Below are positions 12,201 through 25,083 of a stretch of 64,000 nt of DNA, one piece after another. Under the pieces are notes generated by a model. It worked only from the letters and a program-made list of their open reading frames with translations, ran no database searches and was not told the DNA's origin. The translations under genes and the position numbers were made by a program. Numbering within the stretch: the stretch's first letter is position 1; each line of letters starts with the position of its first letter. Source of the stretch: Octopus bimaculoides (Eukaryota); the NCBI RefSeq assembly GCF_001194135.2, contig NC_068992.1, forward strand, positions 29,732,253-29,796,252, in the 5' to 3' direction.

Positions 12201-13004
12201 CATAAATTTGGTTTGCCATTGTTATCTTGGGCGGATTTGTTATAGGTTAATAGCACAATTTGGTTAAGGGAATACAGAAAACTTTGTTCTAGTTGACCTT
12301 TCTTTGTAAATTCATTGCAATGACGTTGGCTGCTGTTCACATTTCAGTATTTCTAAACAATAAAACGTCTAACCAAGTTGAGAAAAATGCTCAATAAAAT
12401 GATAACTAGAGAAATAAAATAGTATTTAGATAAATGGAATAATAAAAATGCTATTAAATGGGTTATATATTTTACGAATATGATGAAGATATGAAATAAA
12501 CTAAAATACAATAGATAAACTATTGAAAAAATGATATCAATATATAGTTTGAGATTTTATGGGGATAATAGTTTAAATGCATTAGAGAGTTTAACCTCAT
12601 ATTTTATCTAAACAATTCTGTAAAGTGATCTATTAAACTGAAACATCCCAGTGGAGATAGAATTATTGATTCCTTACCTAGACCAACGTTTTCATATTTA
12701 AGAGTACCATGTAATGTTATGGCGTCCATGCCTTAACCAATGCTACTACTGAGTATTATTGAAGCGAATTAGTTCCAAGCGGGAAAAATAAAAGATCAAA
12801 ACTTGACAAAAGTAGAGAGGTTGCTTAAATAATATAATAAAACTCTCCCTATAATAAACTTCAACACACAGATATCGAAATAATACGATAATTGTACTTC
12901 CTCCGAGCAATCACACACAAAAAATAACGAATTATAGTTTTCTATAATCCGTTCGGATCAGTAATATAGAGGTGAAAATATCAACATCAAAAGTAATAAG
13001 GCAG

Positions 13005-13084
13005 ATACGTATATACATAAGCAGGTATGTATACTTATGTACATACGTATATACATAAGCAGGTATGTATACTTATGTACATAC
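13005..13084. repeat. Exact tandem duplication of a 38-bp unit
   Basis: atacgtatatacataagcaggtatgtatacttatgtac occurs twice (13005-13042 and 13043-13080). Confidence 0.9.
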
Positions 13085-13269
13085 ATAAATACATTCATAC
13101 ATACACACGCACACAGACACACATACACAAACACATATATAAAATAGGGAAACAAAGATACAAAATATTAATACACAATGTAAGATACACTGAGAGAGAG
13201 GGCGAGAGAATAAGATAGGGAAATATGTATATGTGCATGTGTAAGTTTGTATACACGTGTGTGTGCATG

Positions 13270-13310
<41 letters not shown>

Positions 13311-14004
13311 CTGTGTGTGTGCGTTTGTTGCTTTATCTTGAATTTTTCTCTTATGAAGATTCCAAGCTAGATGGGTATATTAGAATTTAAAAGAAAAGTC
13401 AAAAGATTTGTATATCAGTCTTGTGTTCTTGGTGGTAATGGTGGAATTAGTGCTGGTGTAGATGTTCTTTAGGTGTCAGGACAGGCATAATAAGTAGGAA
13501 TATTAATGGAAGTCAATTACGTCAGGTGTAATCTGGACTAATTTGTTCAATTACTTAATTTTTTCCCTTTAAAAATCGAATTTCTTCAATCGCCGAGGGA
13601 TGGCTTACAAATTGTATAATTTCAAATGACAACAATGTTCAATGCAAACATGTCTGATGCATTTACCGATATATTGACACATATGACACATATGACTCGA
13701 TCTTTCAGTCAAGAAATATAAGCCCCAGTTGTGCGGTCCCTCGTCACAAAGTACAGAAAGAACTGAGTAATTCTGAATAAGGCCTTAGCGTCAACGCTAT
13801 ACAGTCATTTGAGGGATTGCTATATCAGAGTTTAGTATTCTCATTCCCATATACAAAGAATTCCACAATATAATAAGTTTTTCTCAGAGTATAGAGTCTT
13901 ATATCAACACACAAACTCACCTGGTAACAGATTTGTTACAACATTTGAAAGTATTTTGCAGGACAGCCAAGGTATAGTTATTTCTTTCTCACTTGTCGCA
14001 TTTC

Positions 14005-14108
14005 TCTCTCCCTTTCTCTGTCTGTCTCTGTCTGTCGGTCTCTGTCTGTCTGTCTCTGTCTGTCTGTCTGTCTCTGTCTGTCTGTCTGTCTGTCTCTGTC
14101 TGTCTGTA

Positions 14109-14154
<46 letters not shown>

Positions 14155-14155
14155 C

Positions 14156-14189
<34 letters not shown>

Positions 14190-14223
14190 ATGTCTGTCTG
14201 TCTCTCTCTCTATCTCTCTCTCT

Positions 14224-14262
<39 letters not shown>
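14005..14262. repeat. (CTGT)n/(CT)n/(AT)n compound microsatellite
   Basis: Directly visible. Confidence 0.95.
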
Positions 14263-14266
<4 letters not shown>

Positions 14267-14339
14267 CTATATTTAAATCCTATTTATATTTTTAAATCAC
14301 GTCTCTTATATTTTTTTAATGCATGAATTAGCTACTCTG

Positions 14340-17300
14340 TGTCGGACACCGTAATGATATTTGATCACTTTATAGAGCGTTTGGGTGTCGGTTTGGTGTC
14401 TCGCATGACATAGCTTACCTCATGGACAGGTAGAATCTCTATAACCTAGGTTGGTTATCTACTTAGGAGAAAGGAATCTCTAAAATAAAACCCGAAACCT
14501 TGGAAGTTCCCGGTTTTGTCAATTTTAATGTCACAGCGGCGAACGTCTTCTTGGACCAACAGGTGGCAGTAATGCAGTGCAAGCGACACCGACTGAAAAT
14601 CATTCATCTGCTCAGCTGCATCTTGTAAAACAAATCTTAGTAAATTCATTGAATTGAATGGCAAATAGATTCATTAAATGGCAAAAAAAGGCTTCAGAAC
14701 CTAAGAGGAACAGGTCTGGCCGGCAGGTGTCCCAGTGTGCCACAGGCTGGGTCCAGTCGTAATCCTGCTTCTGTGGTCAAACAATCTTCAAGAAAAAGTA
14801 AAATTAAGCATCCTCTGAATTTTGGCTGTTGGAATGTACGCACATTTCTTGATGGTAATTTCAACAAGAGACCAGAAAGAGGCCTTTTTGACGCATTGCT
14901 CTTATTGAATGAGATTAAAAAATATTCCCTTTATATAGTTGCGCTCTCAGAAACTCGATTCTCTGGTGAGGGTCAAATAAGTGAACCTACTTACGGATAT
15001 ACTACCCTCTGGAGAGGCATACCTGAGGGTTAGCGTAGAGAATCTGGTGTTGGGTTTGCTTTCAATAATTCATTAGTATCCTCCATCACAGTATTTCCAA
15101 CGAACCATGTCATGCTGTATAAAAGTGACACAAGGTAGGTTTCTTACCGTTGACAATATCTATGCACCAACAGTGTCTCATTCTGATGAAACGGTAGGAC
15201 AGTTTTATGATGATCTAGCACAATTATTGAGGAAACTACCAATTCTCACAAGTTGGTTATATTGGGAGATTTCAATGCTAGAGTTGGAAATGACTATGTT
15301 TCATCACCTTGTTTATGCCGACATGGTATTGGAAAATGTAATAAAAATGGAGTAGCTATTTTGACGTCTTGTACTGAAAATAATATGGCTCTCATCAACA
15401 CTCTGTTTAAGGAGAAAATAAATACAAATCCAACTACTTGCACCCAAGATCTAAGGAATGGCATCTCATAGATTATATTTTGATCAGAAAGCGTGATATG
15501 AAAGGTGTTTCTAGTGTTCGGGCTATGAGAAGAACAGAGAGCTGGACTGACTATCGCCTAGTGCGTGAGAAAGTAATTTTTTCGATAATGCCTAAAAGTC
15601 GACAATCTCGTCCTAAGATCCCCAGAAGGTTAAATATTGCAAACTTAAAATTACCAAGGAACTTGCAAAGATTCCACGATGCTATAGAAATTATCAATCT
15701 TGACCCAAACACTCTATGGGAAGATTTCAAAACAAAAGTATTTCAGACTGCAAGTTCGTCAGTGGGATTCGATTAAGAAACTTATCTTGTAAGCATATTT
15801 TACTACCTACAGTCCCTTAACTTTAGTAGGCCTGTATTCAAAAGATCATCTTGATCTTTTTCAGATATATCCTTATGCCCATATTTGGCAATGTAGTATA
15901 TTTTTAATGATAGTGGGATTTCAATCGCGTAAATCCAGTGACTGGTTTTCAGACAAATCAGCTGAAATTCATGATCTACTTTTAGAAATACAAAATATAG
16001 GCAATACACTTCTTTTTCTGTATTTGAACCCCAGCCCAAACACAGCTTACAGAAAGATGAAAGGGAAAATGCACACTACTGTAAGGAAAATTAAATAGGA
16101 ATGGTGGAATAATAGAACAAAATGGGCGTAAGAAGTAGCTGATAGAAATGACACCAAAGAGGTATGTTGAGGGGGTATATGGCCCAAAATCTTCAGTAGC
16201 TCTAGTGAGAAGAGCAAATGGACATTCGCCTCTGACCTGACACTACTTCTATTCATAAACGATGGGTAAACCGTGTTTCTGCAATTTTGAATACACCATC
16301 ATCCGCTGACATGAGGATGATAGAAAAAAAAATTGAACACCTTCAAGTTATAGAAGAGATGGTATTCAAACCAACTCTATTTAGTGTGACTAAGCTGAAT
16401 AGCAATACCTCTCCAGGGTTTGATGGAATCTGTGCAGGGGTCTTGAAATATGGGGGTGACAAAATATTTGAACTCCTAAGTATATTAAGTGTCACTTTTG
16501 GAGAACTGAGCAAAGCAGTTCAAGACTGGACTGATGCCATTTTAGACTCCTGTATAAATCGGGGAAAAATGATCTGTGTGGTAATTTTCGTGGAATTTCG
16601 CTTTTCTCTGTAGTTGGAAAGGTAGTTGCCCGCATTCTTGTGGAACGTTTAAATACCTTCACAGTTCTGAATATGGTGTCTTAGTCTCAATGGGATTTTC
16701 GTCCCTGCAGTGGACAGTTGATTGTATCTTTACTATCAGACAATTTCATGAAAAGTGCACTGAACAAGATCTTGCCCTATACTATTGCTTTGTTGATTTG
16801 AGAAAAGCATCCGATACTGTTAATCGAAATGCTCCGTGGCTAATTCTAAGGAAAATAGGTTGCCCAGAAAAAATTGTAAACATAATCAGGGCTTTGCATC
16901 TACATATGAAAGCTAGAGTAAATTCTGGTGGTAGGTTATCTGAATCTTTTTTTCCTGGAAAATGGAGTAAAGCAAGGGGACCTTGATGCACCCACCCTCT
17001 TTGCAATATGCTTTGCTGTTGTGCTGTTACACGCTTTTCAAAACTCCGAGGTGGGTATTTACATAAAATATCGAACAACTAGGAATGGTTTTAATCTGAC
17101 CAGACTGAAATTCAAAACGAAGGTTTTTACTTCATTCATGCGGGAACTCTTATACGCCGACGATCTCAATCTAGTGAGTCATTCTAAAAGAGGCCTGCAA
17201 TCTCTTGTATCTGCGTTTGACTCAACTTGCGATGATTTTGGCTTTACCATCAACTTGAAAAAGCAGTAGTAATGTTTCAACCAGCATGTGGTGCTCTTTG

Positions 17301-18245
17301 CAACTCCACTAAAATTTTAAGGGTAAATTACTTGTGGTTGTTGATTCTTTCATCTACCTTGGTAGCTCTGTACAAAATGATGTAAATCTGGACACTGAAA
17401 TACATCTGCGAATTCAAAGGGAAGTACAAGCATTTGGTAGTGTGGAGTCATGCGTTTGGCATCAACGACATATAGATGACAATAAAAAATTGGCTCTGTA
17501 CAAATTAGTCTGTTGTATCCCTCTTGTATTCTTATGAAACATGGATATGTTAAGAAATACATTTCAATTTGTTGTCCTTGTGTCTGCAGGCATAACTTCA
17601 AAGCAATTATTCTGAAACCCAAATGAGATGATCTGGCTATATTGTTCAAATGGCGAATGAACGCACACCCAAAAAGCTGTTTTATGGTGAGCTTGCAGAG
17701 GGGAAACGCTATCGGTGTAAGCCTAAAAGAGGCTTAAAGACGGCATAAGGACTACAATGAAGTCACTTGGAATGGATCCAGAGCTTCGGATCGAACTGCA
17801 TGGCGAGCAAAAGTGTGGAGTTGAGTGAAAGCGTTTGAAGATTCAATAAAGATTTAACAAAGAATGTTTCGATTGAGAAGGTGAATCACAATGACCATTT
17901 TTTTGTGCACAGACCATGCCTTTCTTTTGCTGGGCTCAAATCTCGTTTGCGGACCGACAAAAACGAACGTCCACCACAATTCTGACTATATATCTGTACT
18001 ATATATTCAATGCCATATTTGTGATAAGGTCCTCAAATCTAACGGTGGCTTCAAAATACATTTTATGATACAGAAAGATGAGAACTTAACAGCAGCTCTT
18101 CGGTGTCTAAATCGGATATGCAATCTATGTCGATGTCTTTTCAATACTCTGTCTGGTTTTAAAAAAACACATCAGACGCCATGATAGATCTAAGGTGTAG
18201 GTACAAGAGGTGGTCAGGCGCTGCATAAGGAGTAGACAACTACAA
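14340..18245 (+). mobile_element. Near-full-length decayed RTE-clade LINE (5' UTR, APE, RT, C-terminal zinc fingers, short-repeat tail)
   Basis: APE motifs: FGCWNVRTF, IVALSETRFSGEG, IYAPT, ILGDFNARVG, HLIDYIL. RT motifs: SPGFDGI, FVDLRKASDTVNR, GVKQGD..APTLF, LLYADD, FGFTINLKK, FIYLGS. The 5' UTR carries an RTE-like cttaggagaaaggaatctct..aaaccc motif. There are many stops and frameshifts, and the 5' boundary is approximate. Confidence 0.9.
15770..15911 (-). mobile_element. 142-bp insertion interrupting the RTE ORF, flanked by a 9-bp direct repeat
   Basis: agtgggatt at 15761-15769 and 15912-15920. Removing the insert and one repeat restores the reading TASSSVG-FQSRKSSDWF. The insert is an inverted copy of about 21471-21613. 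Confidence 0.85.
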
Positions 18246-19235
18246 TATACATGCATATATACATACATACTAACATATATATATANNNNNNNNNNNNNNN
18301 NNNNNNNNNNNNNNNNNNNNNNNNNNNNNNNNNNNNNNNNNNNNNNNNNNNNNNNNNNNNNNNNNNNNNNNNNNNNNNNNNNNNNNNNNNNNNNNNNNNN
18401 NNNNNNNNNNNNNNNNNNNNNNNNNNNNNNNNNNNNNNNNNNNNNNNNNNNNNNNNNNNNNNNNNNNNNNNNNNNNNNNNNNNNNNNNNNNNNNNNNNNN
18501 NNNNNNNNNNNNNNNNNNNNNNNNNNNNNNNNNNNNNNNNNNNNNNNNNNNNNNNNNNNNNNNNNNNNNNNNNNNNNNNNNNNNNNNNNNNNNNNNNNNN
18601 NNNNNNNNNNNNNNNNNNNNNNNNNNNNNNNNNNNNNNNNNNNNNNNNNNNNNNNNNNNNNNNNNNNNNNNNNNNNNNNNNNNNNNNNNNNNNNNNNNNN
18701 NNNNNNNNNNNNNNNNNNNNNNNNNNNNNNNNNNNNNNNNNNNNNNNNNNNNNNNNNNNNNNNNNNNNNNNNNNNNNNNNNNNNNNNNNNNNNNNNNNNN
18801 NNNNNNNNNNNNNNNNNNNNNNNNNNNNNNNNNNNNNNNNNNNNNNNNNNNNNNNNNNNNNNNNNNNNNNNNNNNNNNNNNNNNNNNNNNNNNNNNNNNN
18901 NNNNNNNNNNNNNNNNNNNNNNNNNNNNNNNNNNNNNNNNNNNNNNNNNNNNNNNNNNNNNNNNNNNNNNNNNNNNNNNNNNNNNNNNNNNNNNNNNNNN
19001 NNNNNNNNNNNNNNNNNNNNNNNNNNNNNNNNNNNNNNNNNNNNNNNNNNNNNNNNNNNNNNNNNNNNNNNNNNNNNNNNNNNNNNNNNNNNNNNNNNNN
19101 NNNNNNNNNNNNNNATTGAGTAACGTGGCAGGCTTGATAATTGTTACTAGATTCCTACTACATAAAACCAATTAGGCCTTCTTAACTTCTTAAAGTAAAG
19201 AATATTCATCTACCAATGCAGTGTCGAGCACGCAG

Positions 19236-19410
19236 TTTTAAAGATAGTTGGATTTGATTTGATTTAAAAGTCATTTAGTAGTTACTTCTTGAAAGTCAGG
19301 CACGAAGAGACTCGCACGCTGTTTCGGATACTGTTTCTACGCAATAAACCTATCTGAACCAATTCACTATTGCTGTGACCATGTATGAAGTAAGCCACAA
19401 GCTGGAAATC
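19236..19410 (-). repeat. Dispersed repeat, inverted copy of 21307-21480
   Basis: Long shared strings such as aaaagtcatttagtagttacttcttgaaagtcagg and tttctacgcaataaacctatctgaaccaattcactattgctgtgaccatgtatga match the reverse complement at 21307-21480. Confidence 0.85.
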
Positions 19411-19615
19411 TGGGCGAAGTGCTTAGAGGTATTTTATCTGTCTTTATATTTTGAGTTCTAATTTCTCCGTGGTCGACTTTGCCTTCCATTCTTTCAGGAT
19501 CGATTAAATAAGTACCAGTTACGCACTAAAGTCGATGTAATTGACTTAATCTATTTGTCTGTCCTTGTTTGTCCCCCACCCATGTTTAGTCCCCTGTGGG
19601 AAATAAAGAAATAAA
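19411..19615 (+). mobile_element. Copy of the abundant SINE-like repeat
   Basis: gggcgaagtgcttagaggtatt...gtcgactttgccttccattctttcaggatcgattaaataagtaccagttacgcact...gtcgatgtaattgac is homologous to 31295-31508. Confidence 0.7.
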
Positions 19616-20794
19616 TATTCAGAGGCATGATTTAAAAGTTAAGGCATTAAGAGCATGACCAAGGGAAACTCTAAGCGTATGTTTACTACGTAGCATGCCT
19701 GACTGTATGTTCTTTCCTTCGTAATGGTACTGTGTTTCACTCTGGGTCAGTCTGAAATTGGATACCAGCCCAATACTAGTGTTGGAGGTTTTTCTTCCAG
19801 CTGTGACGTTCTTGATGATTTACCGTGTCATAGTTTTGAAGGGCGCGAGTTTGTCAGTATCTAATAATGTCTACCTAAGTATAAAGACAAATTAGCGAAC
19901 GAATAGTACAAATTACCGGATGATACTCGCTTATCAGTGACGGCTATGCTTCTATGTATATATATACTACCATTCATTTTCAGTAACTTTTCACATCATT
20001 TTCAAAAGTTTCCTGACCTAATGTAGTTTCTTTACAAGTTTATTGATGTTACAGATGATGATATACTCATGATCTGAATCTCTGAAACGCGTTTCGCAAG
20101 GATAGAAACAAAATCATGCAGACACTCATCTAGATGAATACAAGCACTTATGAATGTTTTATTTTATTGCCTACGTTATACTATATTTAGTATCACCTAC
20201 TCGCACAACAGACACATGAAATAGGATACTGTTTTCTCCTTTTCTTATTTGGTTGTGATAAAAATTCATGTAAACTTTACAAGTGGATTGATCATTAAAG
20301 TACTGGTAACGTCATGGATTTGCATTTAGTTTTCTGTTAATGATATTTTCCTTTTAGTATGTTGAAAGAATGCGGCAGAGTATCAGTTGTTGACCCGTTT
20401 GCAATAAATCATAGGATGTTCATCTATAGCTTCCGGCTGATTACTGCATTACTTTCTTTACAAATTCTTTGAATGCTATCGTTCAAAGTCGCCTCTCCGT
20501 CATTTTGCTTTGCATCGGATCACTTGACGCCATTATCAATAAGGCTATCTGGTGACTTCTGCAAGAAGAGAAGCCATATATGATTTTTTTTTTCTCTTGA
20601 GCTAACTACAACATTCACCCTTTGAACCTTTTCGCTTCCTTCGTATTTTCTTGCTTTTGTTTTCCTTGGAGCCAACTAACTATTGGATAAGAAATAAATC
20701 TGGTCAATAATAAGAAGACAGGTTTTTGAAAGTGCTTTGTTCTTTGATGATATTGATACTACTGCTCCTAAAGATAATAATAGTAATATTGATA

Positions 20795-20874
20795 TGAACA
20801 ACGAAATAATAATAATCAATAATAATAGCAACAACAGCAACAACAACAGCAACAACAACGACAACACAACGACA

Positions 20875-20930
<56 letters not shown>

Positions 20931-20955
20931 CATAATAGTAAATGTAATAATAATG
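20795..20955. repeat. (AAT)n/(AAC)n microsatellite
   Basis: Directly visible. Confidence 0.9.
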
Positions 20956-21306
20956 TCGATGTTCAGAATAAGAAAACTTGTAAAAAGAATATAAATAAAA
21001 AAAGTAAAATAACTAAATCAAGTAATAAAAATAGAAAAAAATGGGGAAAAACGCAAGTCTAACACATGATTCATTATTCGAAAATGACGCCTGTAAACCA
21101 TTTTCTGTTGGTTGAATTACTGAGACCTAATTCCTACGATGATGAAAAACAAAAATATCTTAGAAATGTCGAATGCCCATTCTTAATAAAGAAACTGATA
21201 TCAGAGAACAAAGACAAAGAAAGACAAAAGAACGATAAGCAGCTTTCTTAGTAATTCCTATACTTTGCTATTCTATAGTATTAACGATACGTCTCTGTTT
21301 TCATCC

Positions 21307-21617
21307 GATTTCTAGCTTGTAGCTTATCTCATACATGGTCACAGCAATAGTGAATTGGTTCAGATAGGTTTATTGCGTAGAAACAGTATCCGAATCAGCG
21401 TGCGAGTCTCTTCGTGCTGGCCTGACTTTCAAGAAGTAACTACTAAATGACTTTTAAATCAAACCCAACTATCTTTTAAAATATACTATATTGCCAAATA
21501 TGGGCATAAGGACATATCTGAAAAAGTTCAAGATGATCTTTTGATCACAAGCCTACTAAAGTTAAGGGGACTGTAGGTAGTAAAATATGCTTACAAGATA
21601 AGGTTCTTAATCGAATC
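21307..21617 (+). repeat. About 310-bp unclassified repeat unit whose two halves occur inverted at 19236-19410 and 15770-15911
   Basis: Direct by-eye alignment to both loci. Confidence 0.8.
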
Positions 21618-23504
21618 ACATTATTCAGGTATTCGGTTAAGTCATATATTAAGATCAGGGAACTAAGTATAAAACTAGGATTCAAAATGTTTACATTACA
21701 CTCTTCAGATTTCGATTGGGTCACAAATCTATAACTAACGCGTGTATTCTATGTCATTATCACAACCTTTAATGCTGGTTCGGAAAACAAGGTTATAATT
21801 CATGTACCTTTACTCTAGGATTATCAGTCAAAATATTTAAGGCAAATTTCTATCACTTTCATATTGAACAACTGCCTGGTCATGGCATTGATATTTTTGC
21901 TAGCATGACTAGTTGCTTAAAGCTGACAAGACACAAACCAATACTCCTAGGAAAGTGTAAATTCTTTATAATTCAGCATTTCATTTAAATTCTATCTTGA
22001 ATGTAATATGTACACGTTTCTGATAAAACACATCGGTCCAGATGTAACAAACCTTAAGGAAATTACATGTTCCATATCATCTCATTGATCACAAAAATCA
22101 AGCTTCTATCTGAGAGTATTCTCTGACCTCATCTCCCTACATCGCTATTCTCAAGACACGCAAAACCTTTGTGCAAGTCCAAGTGAGGGGTCTAAATGCT
22201 TCTCCTGTTTTCGGAATACATGCTCTGAAATTTTTCACTCGATTCATATAGCATTTTCATGTTAGAAATAGCTGACAAATTACCTTCCAATCTCACTCTA
22301 TACACTCTATCTTAAGAGAAAATGGGACAGTATTGTTCTCGACACAATATCTCTGAAAGCAAAATGACAGGGTGATTATAAATGGAATGCCTCGTATCAT
22401 AAGTCAACTTGATTAAAGCTCACACGATGATGAAAATTAGCTCTCTTAAAATAACCTGAACAAAAATCAATACATTGGGCAATGATGTAAAACTTTTTCA
22501 GTCCATAAGGCTTACCATTCAATTTTGTGTGCTAATGTTAGCCACCATGATACCAAACTTTATGATCAAATGCATTCTGTTCGTGAGCTTCCTCTCTTTT
22601 AAAAGTACATATGGCTATATTCTCTAAAGTGTCCCTTATAATAGTTGACGTCACTTATAATATATATATACATATATATATACACATGCATATGTATATA
22701 TATACATTTTATATGCATACGTGTATATTTATATATATATATATATNNNNNNNNNNNNNNNNNNNNNNNNNNNNNNNNNNNNNNNNNNNNNNNNNNNNNN
22801 NNNNNNNNNNNNNNNNNNNNNNNNNNNNNNNNNNNNNNNNNNNNNNNNNNNNNNNNNNNNNNNNNNNNNNNNNNNNNNNNNNNNNNNNNNNNNNNNNNNN
22901 NNNNNNNNNNNNNNNNNNNNNNNNNNNNNNNNNNNNNNNNNNNNNNNNNNNNNNNNNNNNNNNNNNNNNNNNNNNNNNNNNNNNNNNNNNNNNNNNNNNN
23001 NNNNNNNNNNNNNNNNNNNNNNNNNNNNNNNNNNNNNNNNNNNNNNNNNNNNNNNNNNNNNNNNNNNNNNNNNNNNNNNNNNNNNNNNNNNNNNNNNNNN
23101 NNNNNNNNNNNNNNNNNNNNNNNNNNNNNNNNNNNNNNNNNNNNNNNNNNNNNNNNNNNNNNNNNNNNNNNNNNNNNNNNNNNNNNNNNNNNNNNNNNNN
23201 NNNNNNNNNNNNNNNNNNNNNNNNNNNNNNNNNNNNNNNNNNNNNNNNNNNNNNNNNNNNNNNNNNNNNNNNNNNNNNNNNNNNNNNNNNNNNNNNNNNN
23301 NNNNNNNNNNNNNNNNNNNNNNNNNNNNNNNNNNNNNNNNNNNNNNNNNNNNNNNNNNNNNNNNNNNNNNNNNNNNNNNNNNNNNNNNNNNNNNNNNNNN
23401 NNNNNNNNNNNNNNNNNNNNNNNNNNNNNNNNNNNNNNNNNNNNNNNNNNNNNNNNNNNNNNNNNNNNNNNNNNNNNNNNNNNNNNNNNNNNNNNNNNNN
23501 NNNN

Positions 23505-24130
23505 ATGTGGGCACAGGACGTCACACGACGTGTACAACAAAGAAATACGAACTACGAATGTATGGAATATTAACTATTTTTTTCGAACAAAGAAAGACAC
23601 AAAAGGAAAACAAGACAAACAACATAAAGAACGACCCTTCATCAGTTGTTGGCGGTTTTTCTAGTTTCGTATTTCGAGCATTTAACAACAATATACGTTT
23701 TCGATAAAACAGTTGCTCACACAAAGCAAAACTTAGGATTTTGCGGAGGGTCGAAATTTGTAACTCAAACAGGAGAGTGAAAATTAACAGGAAGGACTGC
23801 CAAGCCTAAACGAGGTTGTGGTGGCGAATCCGTAAATCAAGCTTGGATTGGAGACATACAAGAGCAAGTCTTCCTCGTTCCAGCTATAACGGAGATAAAG
23901 AGACACAAGTTAGGAGAAGAAAGAAAGATGGCCGATGGTCACGTGTGAGCCACGTGAGCAAGGGACGAGGAGTGAGGGAGAGAGAGTGACATAGTAATAT
24001 GATAGAATAGTGAGAGAAGAGGAGGTAAAAGAATAAGAGAGAAAGAGAGAAAAACGAAAGAGTAAAAATATCGCATAGTGTGCGCATCTGAATTATTAAG
24101 ACAAAACATACTTGGAAGAGAATGCGTGGC
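23505..24130 (-). mobile_element. Unclassified dispersed repeat ending at (TA)n, possibly a Penelope-type terminal repeat
   Basis: The first ~120 bp are repeated, diverged, at 24264-24380. Purine/pyrimidine strand asymmetry and termination at TA tracts resemble the PLE end at 55049. The class assignment is inference. Confidence 0.4.
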
Positions 24131-24211
24131 GTTCAGTCATATAATAATATAAATAATACATATATATATGCATATATACATACGCATATGTATATACTTG
24201 CATCTTTACGT

Positions 24212-24262
<51 letters not shown>

Positions 24263-24263
24263 T

Positions 24264-24380
24264 ATGTGGGCACAGGACGTCACGAAATGTGTACAACAAA
24301 AATGTACGAAGTACGTGTACATGGAATATGAACTACTTTTTTGTACAACGAAAGGCACAAAGGGAAAAGAAGACAAACAA
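24264..24380 (-). repeat. Second, shorter copy of the 23505 repeat end
   Basis: Both start atgtgggcacaggacgtcac and continue tgtacaacaaa..atggaatat.aacta..aagacaaacaaca. This copy is preceded directly by (TA)n. Confidence 0.8.
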
Positions 24381-25029
24381 CAATATATATACACGCACTT
24401 AGTAGAAGAAAAGAAAATGGAGATGAAGAAGTACACAATTATTTAGTATTAAAAAATTGGCCATCTTTGCATCTTACAAACGTTTCACTTATTACTCAAT
24501 AATGTAATTATTGTACATTAAATGTGCATTTATGTGACATGAACATAATTTGATCAGCGAGAAAAAAATGTACATAGGGATTTTATATATGGACATGTGA
24601 AATAATTTCAGCAGACTAAATATTACAGTTTATGATTTGTATCTTTATATGATCGGGTGAATTGTTTACATATTAATTAGAATATGATTAGGGAGGAAGT
24701 AAATAAAATAAACCTAGAGCAATAAATAAAGTAAAAATAGGGATGATTGAGGGAAGATAAATATAGGTATGGTAAATTTATAGTTAATAAGAAAATGAAA
24801 TATTCATTTAATAATGAATAAATATAAACTTCCTTATCTCCATTTTCTTGTCTTCTTTTAACTAGATACAAACTATGTGCTTAATATATCGCTATTTTTT
24901 AAAGGGAAGTTCATTCACGAACAATACTAGTTATTGAACCAGTATTGCCTTGGATGCAACCATCCTTTCACGAGGCTAACATATCCAATGTATATATATA
25001 TATATATAAACACATATATGTGTGTGTGA

Positions 25030-25083
<54 letters not shown>

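Noticed and set aside
20045-20095. cagatga...GAAACGCGTTTC, hammerhead-like with a 12-bp palindrome
   Set aside because: The core has CAGAUGA rather than CUGAUGA, and no stem I or stem II pairing was found.
20380-20570. Minus-strand acceptor ttctcttcttgcag followed by a nearly open frame (KSPDSLIDNGVK*SDAKQ..)
   Set aside because: All frames contain stops and there is no recognisable homology or clear donor.
23630-23680. GAAAC...CTGATGA on the minus strand as a permuted hammerhead
   Set aside because: No GUH cleavage triplet or stem I between the two core halves.
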